From Scyliorhinus canicula (lineage: Eukaryota), in the NCBI RefSeq assembly GCF_902713615.1, contig NC_052149.1:152745383-152809382 (forward strand): a stretch of 64,000 nt of DNA. The letters are read 5' to 3'. Below, piece by piece: positions 34,333 through 46,172 of this stretch. The notes below the pieces were generated by a model. It searched no databases. It saw nothing but the letters and a program-made list of their open reading frames with translations, and was not told the DNA's origin. Both the position numbers and the translations under genes were made by a program. Within the stretch, counting starts at the first letter, position 1. Every line of letters begins with the position of its first letter.

Positions 34333-37300
34333 CAGTGGTGTGCAGAGGGGGGGGCCGACGGTGCATTGGCCCCGGGCATCCATTGGATGGGGGCATCCAA
34401 TCAGAGAAGGAAAAAAAAAAAAATTTTTTTTTTTTTTTTTAAATTTTTTTTTTAATTTAGATTACCCAATTATTTTTTTCAATTAAGGGGCAATTTAGCG
34501 TGGCCAATCCACCTACTCTGCACATTTTTTGGGTTGTGGGGGCGAAACCAACGCAGACACGGGGAGAATGTGCAAACTCCACACGGACATTGACCCAGAG
34601 CCGGGATCGAACCTGGGACCTCAGTTCCGTGAGGCGGTTGTGCTAACCACTAGGCCACCGTGCTGCCCCAGAGAAGGAAATAAGATAGTAATTTTAAAAT
34701 TTCAGCGGTGATAAATCAATTTTTGGAGGCTCACCACACTGCAGAGGCAGTTGTTAGCCCTTTATTCCTTTAACATGGTGTAGCTTTCTGTCTAGAGAAA
34801 TTGGTCCTTCTCCCCATCCCCCCCACACGCATGCGCATGATGTACGTGGTGCAACCATCAAAAGCAACAAGCAGACGTGGCTGTTCGTTCCTGCGTTTCC
34901 TCGAGTCATAACTCGTCTTTTCTTCAGCTTTTTGTGCATCTAGATTAGTTCTTTTACCTACTCACGTCAGTGAATAGCTCTAGAACAGGTGCAACTACGG
35001 TTTTTATAGGTTTGTTGGCGATATTTAATGAAATATTTACGTGGGATGTAGTAAGAGTGAAGCCTGGATGATCAGAGGACTGCTATGGCATTTAATCTCG
35101 GAATAGGAGACATTTATTCCTTAACATGCTAATATTCGAATACAGATACCACTAATTTGCAAGTCTATGATATAAATTGCACAAAATTATCAGTGGAGAA
35201 TCAGTGTGAAATAATTTGATACGAAGGAACAAAGAAATGAAATATAGTTTATCCGTCTGCAACTGACCGATTGTTTACCATTTTCTTCCCATTTTCTCAT
35301 GCATCTTACGGTTTTTGAGATAGAAAATGAAATGTTACGAGTATTTTGTGTACAACCGAGTGGAGCACAGAACAGGAAAAAAAAGAGGGCCAGAGTCAAA
35401 GAAGAGTCCCATCAAAGAGGGGCATTAGATGCATGGATAAAAAGAAGTAAAGAAGAAGTAGGAGAACCTGGAGAAGTAAAAGATGATGTGGGTGCAGAGA
35501 AGGATTTTTCTGATACGGATTCAGCTCGGTCAGAACATAATACTCTCTCTCCTCAGTCTCGTTGTCAGGATGATGATCCATGTGAAGAAAATAAAGAAGA
35601 TATTTGCATATTTTTGCAAAGAAGCGATTTTGGCTGTTTGAAGAAACCGATTCCAGATCATTTGAAGATGACAATATTACAACATGGCCCTGAAAGATAT
35701 CAGAATAAAAGTGGTCCATTTGCTGAGAAGGATGGGAGATCATTTTCCAAACAGTGGTCTGATAAAGTTTCCACAAACGGAGAAATTGTGGAGAGAAAAT
35801 GGTTGTTATACTCTCCATATCGGAAAGCATGCTACTGTTTTGTTTGCTTTTTGTTTTCAAAGGAGCATTTGTTGTCTGTGTCAAACTTTGGAAAGGAAGA
35901 CGGTTTCTCCACTTGGAGAAAATTAAATCCAACAATACCTGACCATGAGAAAAGCCCTTCTCATAGAGCTCACATGAGGGAATACCTGAACCTCGTAGTT
36001 CGACTCCATCATTCAACTACGATAGATGCTGAACTTCAACAGCAAATGTCTGCTGAAAAGAAAAGATGGAAAGCTATAACTGAACGGATTGTCGAGATTA
36101 TATCCTTTCTGGCAAAACAGAATCTGGCCTATCGTGGACATCGAGGAGAAGGAATATCTGGGTTATCAGAGCCAGGGGAGACAGTCAGTGAAAATACAGG
36201 AAACTTTCTAGCAACAATCAGACTTTTGGCCAAATATGATGACATCTTAGCAAAACACTTGCAGAGAGGGAAAGAGAAACCAAAAAGTGTCACCTACTTG
36301 TCCAACAGAATTCAAAACGAAATAATCAATCTTCTTGGTGAAACTGTCAAGAAAAATATAATTTCCGAAATTAAGGACGCAAAATATTTTAGCATAATGC
36401 TGGATTCAACTCCAGATATTGCCCATGAAGATCAGGTTTCTGAAATTCTGCGTTACGTTCATATTGATGAAAACAGAAAAGTAGAAATAAAGGAGACATT
36501 TCTAGGATTTTTTTCAAGTCAACAAGAAAGATGCAGTCAGCCTGGTAAATAAAATTCAGGAAAAATTGGAAGAAGACAAAATTTCCATGAATGACTGTCG
36601 TGGTCAAGCATATGATAACGCAGCAGTTATGGCTGGAGTGAGAGGAGGTGTTCAACAAAAAATTCTTGAAGTTAACCCAAAAGCTGTGTTTGTGAACTGC
36701 GAGAACCACAGCCTCAATTTGTCCTGTGTCCATGCAAGTGAGGTGCAACCTGTTGTTGTTACATTTTTTGGCATTCTAGAAAAACTCTACTTTTTTTTCT
36801 TCATCTACTTCTCGTTGGGAAGTGTTAAAATCATTTGTCACTCGGACTGTGAAAAGACAGTGTGACACAAGATGGAGTTCCAGCCATGATGCTGTGCAAG
36901 TAATCCACGAAGAGTGTGACAACGTTATTGCAAGCCTTCAACACCTGCTGGAAGGAGAATTTTCAAGGGAAACTAAATCTGATGCAGGATCGCTACTGAA
37001 CTCTATTCAACAGTTCCCGTTTATAGCTTTATTAAATTTTTGGTACTCAGTTTTATCATCAGTGGATAAAGTCTCAAAACATTTGCAGGATCCGAAAATG
37101 GGGTTCCATGAAGCTTCTTGTGATCTGAGAGGACTTATTCATATCTTGAATTTGAAGAATTACGAAATTATCCACAATGCAATAGATTTAGCCAATGAAT
37201 ATTGTCAAAATTGGGGAATACCAATTGCACGAACAAGGAGAAGAAGAATAATGCCTGGAGAGTCAGCAAGAGATAGTGGACTGACGGCACAAGAAGAAAT

Positions 37301-38042
37301 GAATAGAGTAATGGTAGAGATTGTGAACAAATTAAAAACTGAAATTGAAGACCGCAGTGTCCGTCTTCAAAGACTCAGTGACCGATTTTCTTTTCTTCTG
37401 AACTTGAATTCAGGAGTGATTGAAGATGAACAAGAAAGAGAGAAATTAAAAAAGGAATGTTCAGACTTTGCAAATTATTATGACAATGATGTGGTTGCAA
37501 TTCAGTTATATGACAAAATTATTGATTTTGTGATGCTCCTTCGAGCTGGAGGGAATAGAGTTCCCCCTGATCCTAAAGATGCTCTGGAGTCTTTACTGCA
37601 GTATGGGAGGGATGTCTTTCCGATGCTGTGTGTTTCATACAGATTACTGCTTACAATCGCATTTTCAGTCGCAAGCTGTGAAAGGTCATTTTCAAAACTG
37701 AAATTAATAAAAACATATCTGAGGTCTTCTATGTCACAGGAGCGACTGCCCAACCTGGCTTTAATAAGCATTGAAAAAGAATTTCTCACAGCTGATGTAA
37801 AAAGTGAAGTAGTTCAGGTGTTTTGTGACAGGAGGTACCATTTGGGGAAAAGAACTTAATAAATTTGATTGATTTATATTAAAATCGAATAAAGCGTTTA
37901 TTTCATGTTTCATCTGTGTTTATATATTCAAAATGTTTTCCTTTCTCATAATATTTCTCAGTATATTAGGCCTTATACTTGAGTCCTAGGGGCATACAAT
38001 CAAGATTTGCCCCGGGCATCACCAGACCTCTGCACGCCACTG
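34333..38042 (+). mobile_element. Full-length hAT DNA transposon (3710 bp)
   Basis: 16-bp TIRs CAGTGG(T/C)GTGCAGAGG with one mismatch. Perfect 8-bp TSD GCAGGGAG at 34325-34332 and 38043-38050. Contains an internal SINE at about 34415-34668. Confidence 0.95.
35299..37859 (+). pseudogene. hAT transposase (ZMYM1-like type), broken only by two frameshifts at T-runs
   Basis: TTF-type zinc finger (WLLYS...CYCFVC), FSIMLDSTPD, GQAYDNAAVM, CENH, TRWSS and SCERSFSKLKLIKTYLRSSM. Frameshifts at 36508-36514 and 36791-36798. The true start codon is uncertain. Confidence 0.92.
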
Positions 38043-38633
38043 GCAGGGAGAACTGCCAAACAGACAGTGACTCAGCCGGAAATCAAACCTGAGACCCTGA
38101 AGCTGTCAAACAACAGTGCTACCCACTGTGCTACTGTGCTGCCCAATTTGTATTGGTAAACATTAGAAATAAGGCATAGTTTTAAGAACATCGCATAAGA
38201 ACTAGGAGCGGGAATCGGCAATTCAGCCCCTCAAGCCCACGCCATCATTCAATACGATCATGATTGATTCCCTCTCGACCTTACCTCCACTGTCCATAAA
38301 ATAAACCCCTCTCTCTGGAATCAATCAAATGAACCTCCTCTGAATTGCCTCTAATGCAACTACATCTCTCCTCAAATAAGGGGATGAAAACTGTACACAG
38401 TACTCCAGGTGCAGTCTCACCAATGCCTTGTACAGTTGCAGCAACACTTCCCTACCTTCATACTCTATTCCTTTATCCATGAATGTCAACATTCCATCTG
38501 CCTTTCTTATTGCCTGTTGCACCTGCATGCAAGTTTTCTGCAATTCATGCACGAGAACACCCAAATCCCTCTGCAGCGTAGCACTCTAAAGTTTCTCCTC
38601 ATTTAGATAATAACTTACCTTTTCATTTTTCTG

Positions 38634-38842
38634 TAAGAAGTCTTACAACACCAGGTTAAAGTCCAACAGGTTTGTTTCAAACACGAGCTTTCGGAGCACG
38701 GCTCCTTCTTCAGGTCCACCTGAAGAAGGAGCCGTGCTCCGAAAGCTCGTGTTTGAAACAAACCTGTTGGACTTTAACCTGGTGTTGTAAGACTTCTTAC
38801 TGTGCTCACCCCAGTCCAACGCCGGCATCTCCACATCATGGC
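38634..38842. mobile_element. Penelope-like element terminal (pLTR) insert forming a perfect 168-bp palindrome (83-bp arms, 2-nt loop)
   Basis: Arms 38633-38715 and 38718-38800 are exact reverse complements. 13-bp TSD TTTCATTTTTCTG at 38621-38633 and 38843-38855. Confidence 0.8.
38717..38751 (+). ncRNA. Minimal type-I hammerhead ribozyme motif
   Basis: CAC-CUGAAGA-A-GGAGC(CGU)GCUCC-GAA-AGCU-C-GUG. This gives stem I, the core, an extra A, stem II, a palindromic AGCU in place of stem III, and a UC cleavage site after 38748. Confidence 0.7.
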
Positions 38843-39544
38843 TTTCATTTTTCTGACTAAGATGGTTAACCTCACACTTATCCACATTAAACTTCATCTG
38901 CCAAATTTTGGCACATTCACCTAACCTATCTATTCATTTGCAAATTTCTTATTTCCTCATTGAAACTTACTATCCCACCTATTTTAGTGTCTTCTGCAAA
39001 TTTAGGTGTCGTTTCTTCTATCTCTACATCTGTTATTAATATATATTGTAAATAGCTGGGGCCCAAGGACCGAACCCTGTGGCACCCCACCAGTTACATC
39101 TTGCCAACCAGAAAAATACCGATTTATCTCGAATCTCTGCCTTCTGTCGGTTTTCCAGTCTTTTACCCAAGCCAATAAACTACCCCTAAACCCATGATCT
39201 TACATTCTGAGCAGCACCTTGTCAAATGCCTTCTGGAAGTCCACATTTGCTACATCTACAGGATTCCCATTATCCACTTGGCTTGTTACATCTTCGAAGA
39301 ACTCAAGTAAATTAGACAAACATGATTTACCCTTCATAAAACCACGCTGACTGATGGATTGAATTTTCACTTTCTAAATGTCCTGTTATTACTTCCTTAA
39401 TAATGGATTCTAACAATTTCCCCAACAACAGATGTTAAACTAACTGGTCCATAGTTTCCTACTTTCTGCCTCCCTCCCTTTTTAAACAGAAGCGTTAGAT
39501 TAGAATTTTTCCAATCCACTGGAACCTTTCCTGCATCGTTACCC

Positions 39545-40400
39545 AATTTCACGCTCTTTTCCTCAGCAATGAATTAGGCATACTCGCCCGATGCCTGTTA
39601 GCTGGCCTTACACATATTAATAGCGTCTTCAATCGATAAAACCGGTCTTCGTAACATCTTCTCGTGCAACTGTTCATCGTTTATTCCGAACACAACTTTA
39701 TCTCGCAGCATAGACTCGGAGGCTGAGACTAAATTACCCGACTGCGCTCACAGTCTTAGAGCTGTGATGGATGAATCCACTGACTCTTCTGAACTGCAGC
39801 CAATTTCTTAACATGTAGCGCTCATAGAATCTTTTCAGAATTGGTAATCTCTGTAACACCATGCTGTATTTATTTTTATCCTCATCTGCACTTAGCTCAA
39901 ATGAATTAAAGCGCTCCAATGCTTGCAGACCAGCCAAATTTAGTAGGAGCGCTATTTTCCATCTGAGGCATTTTCAAGCACGGAGGCAGAAATAAAATCT
40001 TCAAACTGCTGCTTAAAGAAAGCCCAGTTCTGGCATAATTTACCATGTGTCTTGAAGTGGTCAGGCATTTTGAGACCTTCCATCTTCTGATCAGTCTTTT
40101 CTGTACATTGTTTCTGAGTTCTAGCTTCTGGATTGCTTCTTCAATCTCCAATGCTATTCTAACCTCATCTAAATCGCTGTTTCGCATAAGGAATAGACAC
40201 CTGGTACCATGTGGGATCTTTACTATTTAAAGTATTCCACTCCTGGTTGCCATGTGGTGTTCGTTGTGCTGCTTATTTCAGGATGGTTGGCGTAGTGTTC
40301 ACAAAGACAACAAAATAGCTTTAACTGAAACAAAGTTATGATTGTATTTACACTACTAAACTGGGATATGGCACTTCGTCCTGAAGAGTACACAACTGAA
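39545..40400 (-). mobile_element. Truncated Gypsy element (LTR remnant, tRNA-Leu(UAA)-like PBS, gag fragment)
   Basis: Gag-like LQALERFNSF...FYERYML and MLRDKVVFGI. PBS-like sequences at 40198-40209 and 40237-40252. Confidence 0.65.
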
Positions 40401-40578
40401 CGGGCAGCACGGTGGTGCAGTGGCGAGCGCTGCTGCGGCCCCGGGTCACTGTCCATGTGGAGTTTGCACATTCTCGCCATATTTGCATGGGTTTCACCCC
40501 CAACACAAAGATGTGCACGGTAGATGGATTGGTAACGCTAAATTTCCCCTTAACTGGAAATAATGAATTGGGTACTGT
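40401..40578 (+). mobile_element. V-SINE (internally deleted)
   Basis: GGGCAGCACGGTGGTGCAGTGG head and V-domain. Confidence 0.75.
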
Positions 40579-40589
40579 AAATCCGTGAT

Positions 40590-43500
40590 GGGCATTCGCA
40601 GGACAGGCAAGCTGCAGCTGCGCTTAAACAATACACCCCCCACACACACACTGATCGAGGCCAAAAAGATGGGTCAGGTTGTGCTGGAGCACCCATACAG
40701 CTGATGGGTCAGCCGGGGCCAGAGGGCTCCCAGGGGGGTGCCCCAGGGGGGTCAGCTATACGACTCAGGGCACCAGGTTTAAAACAGCCTGTCTGCAGCA
40801 TGTGCAGCTGCATGGTTGTTAAACATGAAGGCAACCGACCGTTGGTCAGTGAGGAGAGTGAATCTCCTGCCGGCCAGGTAATGCCTCCAATGCCGCACAG
40901 CTTCCACGATGGCTTGGGCCTCCTTTTCAACAGAGGAGTGCTGAATTTTGGAGGCATGGAGGGTGCGGGAAAAGAAAGCCACGGGCCTGTCTGCCTGGTT
41001 GAGGGTGGTGGCCAGAGCGGCGTCCGATGCATCGCTCTCGACCTGAAAGGGGAGGGTCTCGTCGACCGCGTGCATCATGGCCTTGGCGATGTCTGCCTTG
41101 ATGCGGTTGAAGGACTGGCGGGCCGCAGCCGTCAGGGGGAAAACTGTGGAGTGGATGAGTGGGCGGGTCTTGGCCGCATAGTTAGGGACCCACTGGACAT
41201 AATAGGAGAAAAACCCCAGGCATCGTTTCAGGGCCTTGGGGCAGTGGGGAAGGGGAGTTCCATGAGGGGGCACATGCGCTCAGGGTCGGGCCCTAGAACT
41301 CCATTTTCCACAACATAGCCAAGGATGACTAAGCGGTTGGTGCGTAACATGCACTTCTCGTTATTATATGTGAGGTTAAGGAGTTTGGCGGTGTTGAGAA
41401 ATTTGAAACGGTTAGCGTCGTGGTCCTGCTGGCCGTGGCCACAGATGATGACGTTGTCTAGGTACGGGAAAGTGGCCCACAGCCTGTACCGGTCAACCCT
41501 TCGGTCTATCTCACGTTGGAAGACCGAGACCCCGTTAGTGACGCCAAAGGGAACCCTAAGGAACCCTAAGGTAGGCAGATTTCAGGTCCCCTGTGGAAAA
41601 GACCCGGTACTGTACAATCTGATTGACCATATCAGATATGCTTGGGAGGGGGTACACGTCGAGCTGCGTGTCCCGATTGATGGTCTGACTGTAGTCAATG
41701 ACCATCCTGTGCTTCTCCCCAGTCTTTACTACTACCACTTGGGCTCTCCAGGGGCTGTTGCTGGCCTCAATGATGCCTTCCCGCAGCAGCCGCTGGACCT
41801 CTGACCTGATGAAGGTCCTGTCCTGGGCACTGTACCATCTGCTCCTGGTGGCGATGGGTTTGCAATCTGGGGTAAGGTTTGCAAACAGGGAAGATGGGTC
41901 GACCTTAAGGTCGTGAGGCCGCATACAGTGAGGGGTGGTAGGGGTCCGCCGAAGTTTAGAGTTAGGCTTTGGAGGTTGAACTGGAAATCCAGGCCGGGTA
42001 ACAGGGCAGCGCAGAGGTTGGGGAGGACGTAGAGTCGGAAGTTGCTGAACTCTACGCCCTGGATGGTGAGGGTTGCGATGCAGTACCCCCAGATTTCCAC
42101 AGAATGGGATCCGGAGGCCAGGGAGATTTTCTGGGTAACGGGGTGTACCGCGAGGGAGCAGTGCCTTACCGTAGAGGGGTGGATGAAGATTTCCGTGCTC
42201 CCGGAGTCAAGAAGGCAGGGGGTCTTGTGCCCATCGACGTTCACCGTCGTCATCGTGATTGCGAGGTTGTGAGGCCGGGACTGGTCGAGCGGAATGGAGG
42301 TGAGCTGCGGCTGATGCTGGTAGGCCCCGGGCTGGTCAGCGGTGGTGGCAGGCGATTAACGGCCCAATGAAGTGCCCGACGAGCAGCGGTCCTGAGGCGC
42401 CGTCCAAAATGGCGGCAAAGATGGCAGCACCCACGGGGCGCACATGGCGGGCGGCGTTAAAGATGCCGGTGCACGTGGCCCGCTGGGAGGAAGATGGCGG
42501 CGCCCACGGGCCGCACGTGGTCTGCACGGATGAAAATGGCGGCGCCCACGGGTCGCACGTGAGTGGTGCAGGAACACTGGGCCGAGATATAGCAGCGATC
42601 GACCGGGCTTGGCACACAGCAGCGAAATGTCCCTTCTTTCCGCTGATCTTGCAGATTGCACTCCGCGCCATGCAGTGCTGCCGGGGGTGCTTTGTCTGCC
42701 CACAGAAATTGCATTTGGGCCCCCCAGGGTTGGCTGGCTGTCAAGCGGCGCAGACTTGGGGTTGGCTGGGGGCGGTCGCTGGTGGGGCCCACGAGGTCCA
42801 TGAGAGCACCGTGTGGTCAAGGGCGTATGCCGTGCGTTCGGGGGCGTACAACTGTACGTTACGGGAGGCTACCCTTAGCGAGTTCACGAGTTGCCTGGTT
42901 GCCGCGAGGTCGAGCGTCCCCCCTTTTAATAGGCGCTGGCGGATGTACGCCGACCCCATGCCCATAACAAAAGCGTCCCTGATTAAGATTCTGTATATTC
43001 AACGGCCGAAACTGCCTGGCAATCGCAGTTCCTCACCAGGATGTGCAGGGCACGCCAGAAATCATCTAATGACTCACCGGGGAGTTGCTGCCTTATTTGC
43101 AGGAGGTGCCTGGCGTAGATTTTGTTGATCGGCCGGATATGATGTCCTTTAAGAAGCTTCATAGCTTCAGGGGAAGTGGCCGCATCCCGGATAGGGGAAA
43201 AATCTCGGAGCTCACCCGTGAGTACAGGATCTGGAGCCTGTGCGTCCAAGGGTTGTTCAGTCGATGATCCGAGGTAGCTTTCGAAGCAAGCTAGCCAGTG
43301 GTCGAAGGCCAACGTGGCTTTGGCTTCTTGAGGGTGCAGCTGTAGGCGATCTGGCTTGATGCGTACTTCCATCGCTGTAACAGCTCTACTTAATAAATTG
43401 ATGCACTATCAATTATGATGAGACGAGAGTAGAGAGTAATCGAGGCTTTATTAAGCAAAGATGCGTGACCTCCTGCAGCTGCTACCAGAATGGGAGCAGC

Positions 43501-43637
43501 TCGGTGTGCACACACATTTAAACTCCGCCTACTGGGCGGAGCCAGCATGCAGGGATCTGCCCCCATACCTGTAGTACAGGAGCCTTACCGTAGTACCTCT
43601 AATAGCAACTATTATACAATCAGTGGTGACTACCACA
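40590..43637 (-). mobile_element. Gypsy LTR retrotransposon: 5' LTR (43399-43637), gag, PR, RT, RH, start of IN; 3' end missing
   Basis: LTR TG...CA with AATAAA. Gag MEVRIKPDRLQL and a C-x2-C...H-x4-C knuckle. PR LLDSGS. RT SPWRAQVVVV, DYSQTIN and YLDN(V). RH VESDASD and HSSVEKEA. Confidence 0.9.
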
Positions 43638-43870
43638 GAAACGCCCCTAGTTGCCATATCCTGGCGCCTGTTCGGGTACACAGAGGGAGAATTCCGAAAG
43701 TCCAATTAACCTAACAGCACGTCTTTCTGGGCTTGTGGGAGGAAACCGGAGCACCCGGCGGAAACCACGAAGACACGGGGAGAACGTGCAGACTTTGCAC
43801 AGGCAGTGACAGTGACAGGGAATCGAACCGGAGACCCTGAAGCTGTGAAGCTGTACTAACCACTGTGCTA
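43638..43870 (-). mobile_element. V-SINE fragment flanking the Gypsy LTR
   Basis: Same subfamily as 57362-57662. Confidence 0.75.
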
Positions 43871-44924
43871 ATTCTAGAATTGTCTGAAAAATCCTGGATA
43901 TTGTGTCATAAAAGGAGTCCCAGTGTCCAGCAAGCTGAGGCCAAGATCAGAACGCATGCATGTGGTTAGCTGACGTAAGTGAACAGTGGTCACACTTGTT
44001 CTCCACATCTTGAAAGAATCCACTCATCCTTGCCTTTGTCCAATGTGTTCTATGTAGCACTCTGAACTGAACCAAACTCAGTCTGGCTCAGGATGAAGTG
44101 GAATTCACCCTGTAGAGAGCTTATCTCCAAACCTCCTCAGTAAGCACAGAGCCTAGCCCCCCACCCATTTCTAATATTCTCTATCCGCAGAGGCAGGACC
44201 TGAAGATAGAATATGGTTGTACAGATTTGAAATTGACCCTCTTCCCCTGCTATGCCAAGGCCAATACCTTTTCCAGCAGGGAAGAAAAGGGATCCCAAGG
44301 GGAAGGAAGAAAATAATTTAACATGAGAAATCCCGAATTTGAAAAACACGAGAAAGGTTGGGACTAGACACATTGTATCTGTCTGAGAGTTTTTCAAGGC
44401 TGGCAAAGTCTCCATTTAGGAATAAATCCCCAAAGTGTACCAGACCTCCCGTTCTCGAGGACCTGAATGATGGATCCAAGCCCAAAGGCACGAAGACGGG
44501 GCTGTCACATATCGGGGCAAGTGAGGATAGTGAAAGAAGATTGAAGTGCTGCCGAAACGGCTTCAAAACCCTGAGGGAGGAAATCACCACTCAGGGCTCG
44601 TGAAAGACCTACCGGAGAGAAGGGCAGCGGTGTGATAATTGTGGCGTGTAGGGAGGAGGCTGCGGTGCAAGACCCGTGCCTCCATTCTACTCCAGTTCGA
44701 CCCGGAGTCACTGGCTTTTGTAGGATTTTCTGTACGTTGGCAGCCCTGTAATAAAATAGGAGGTTCGGGTGGGCTAAGCCTCCCAATCCTGTCTCTCTGA
44801 AGCAGAGAGCTGTGCATTCTGGGACTCTTACCTGTCCAGGTAAAAGGCGATATTAATTTGTTGATTGTAATAAAAAATGCTTTGGGGAGAAAAACATGGA
44901 GATACATTGAAATAAGAATGAAAA

Positions 44925-45106
44925 TCTTTTTTTAAATAAATTTAGAGTACCCAATTCTTTTTTTCCAATTAAGGGGCAATTTAGCATGGCCAATTCACCG
45001 ACTCTGCACATTCTTTTGGGTTGTGGGTTTGAGACCCACGCAGACAAGGGGAGAATGTGCAAACTCCACACGGACAGTGACCCGGGGCTAGGATCAAACC
45101 CGGGTC
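44925..45106 (-). mobile_element. 5'-truncated poly(A)-tailed V-SINE with a 13-bp TSD (ATAAGAATGAAAA at 44912-44924 and 45107-45119)
   Basis: TSD and V-domain seen directly. Confidence 0.85.
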
Positions 45107-45946
45107 ATAAGAATGAAAACCTAGGTAACATATTCACCTTGACAGTTTGGATTCTGCTCGCTAGAGACAGGAGGAGGTTGTTCCACCTCGCAAGTCTGTT
45201 TTGATCTTACCGATGACGTTTGAGAAGTTCCGTTTGTGAAGTAAGGTCCAGTTATGGATCATGCGTATCAGGAGATATCGGAAATTAGAGGGCGCGAGGC
45301 GAAACGGTAGCGAACCAAGCTGAGCTCCTTTGGCTGTTGAGTTCACTGCGAAACACTCACTTTTCCTGACATTTCATTTATAGCCTGAGAATGTGTCAAA
45401 TCTCTTCACTATCTTGACAATTTCTATTGAGGAGACCGGATCCGTAATATATAAAAGTAGATCATCTGTGTATAGTGAGATCCGGTGCTCCTCTCCCTCT
45501 CGGTATATTTCCCTCCATCCCTCTGACGACCTCAACACTATCGCCATAGTTTCAATGGCCTTCGCGAAGAGCAGTGGAGAAAGGGTGCAGCACTGCCTGG
45601 TGGCCCTGTCTGGTGGAAAGTATTCAGAGGAGGTCATATTTGTGCAAATGTTGGCTTTCGGAGAATTGTACATCAAACAAACCCAGGAAGAGAAGTTGGG
45701 GCCAAAACCGAATCTATCGAAGACCTCAAAAAGGTAGTTCCACTCCACACTATCAAATGCTTTTTCTGCATCCAAAGATACTATAATTTAAGGTTCCCAA
45801 GCAGATGAGGGGGATAGCAAAATCTTCAAGTAACGTTGCGCATTGCCCGATAACTGTCTACCTTTGATAATGACTGCCTGGTCCTCCACTATTATGTCAG
45901 GAAGACCTGGCTCCATCCGGCTTGCCAGGACTTTCGCCAGTATCTT

Positions 45947-46172
45947 TTTTTTAATAAATTTAGATTACCCAATTATTTTTTCCAATTAAGTGGGCAATTT
46001 AGTGTGGCCAATCCACCTATTCTGCACATTTTTGGGTTGTGGGGGCGAAACTCACGCAGACACAGGGAGAATGTACAAACTCCACACGGACAGTGACCCA
46101 GAGCCGGGATCGAACCTGGGACCTCAGCGCCGTGAGGCAGTTGTGCTAACCACTAGGCCACCGTGCTGCCCT
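45947..46172 (-). mobile_element. Full-length poly(A)-tailed V-SINE with a 15-bp TSD (TTTCGCCAGTATCTT at 45932-45946 and 46173-46187)
   Basis: Head, V-domain and A-tail present. The target reads TT/AAGA on the minus strand. Confidence 0.9.

Larger units (their letters stand above)
34128..38144 (-). mobile_element. V-SINE split by the hAT transposon (pieces 34128-34332 and 38043-38144)
   Basis: Joining the two pieces at the TSD restores a continuous SINE like the one at 57362-57662. Confidence 0.85.
38170..39540 (-). mobile_element. CR1 LINE fragment interrupted by the Penelope-type insert
   Basis: MKFNVDKCEV.H and LYKALVRLHLEYCVQF motifs. Confidence 0.85.

Noticed and set aside
35299-37859. 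Host gene ZMYM1 or a domesticated transposase
   Set aside because: It is flanked by TIRs and an 8-bp TSD inside a SINE, so it is a transposon copy.
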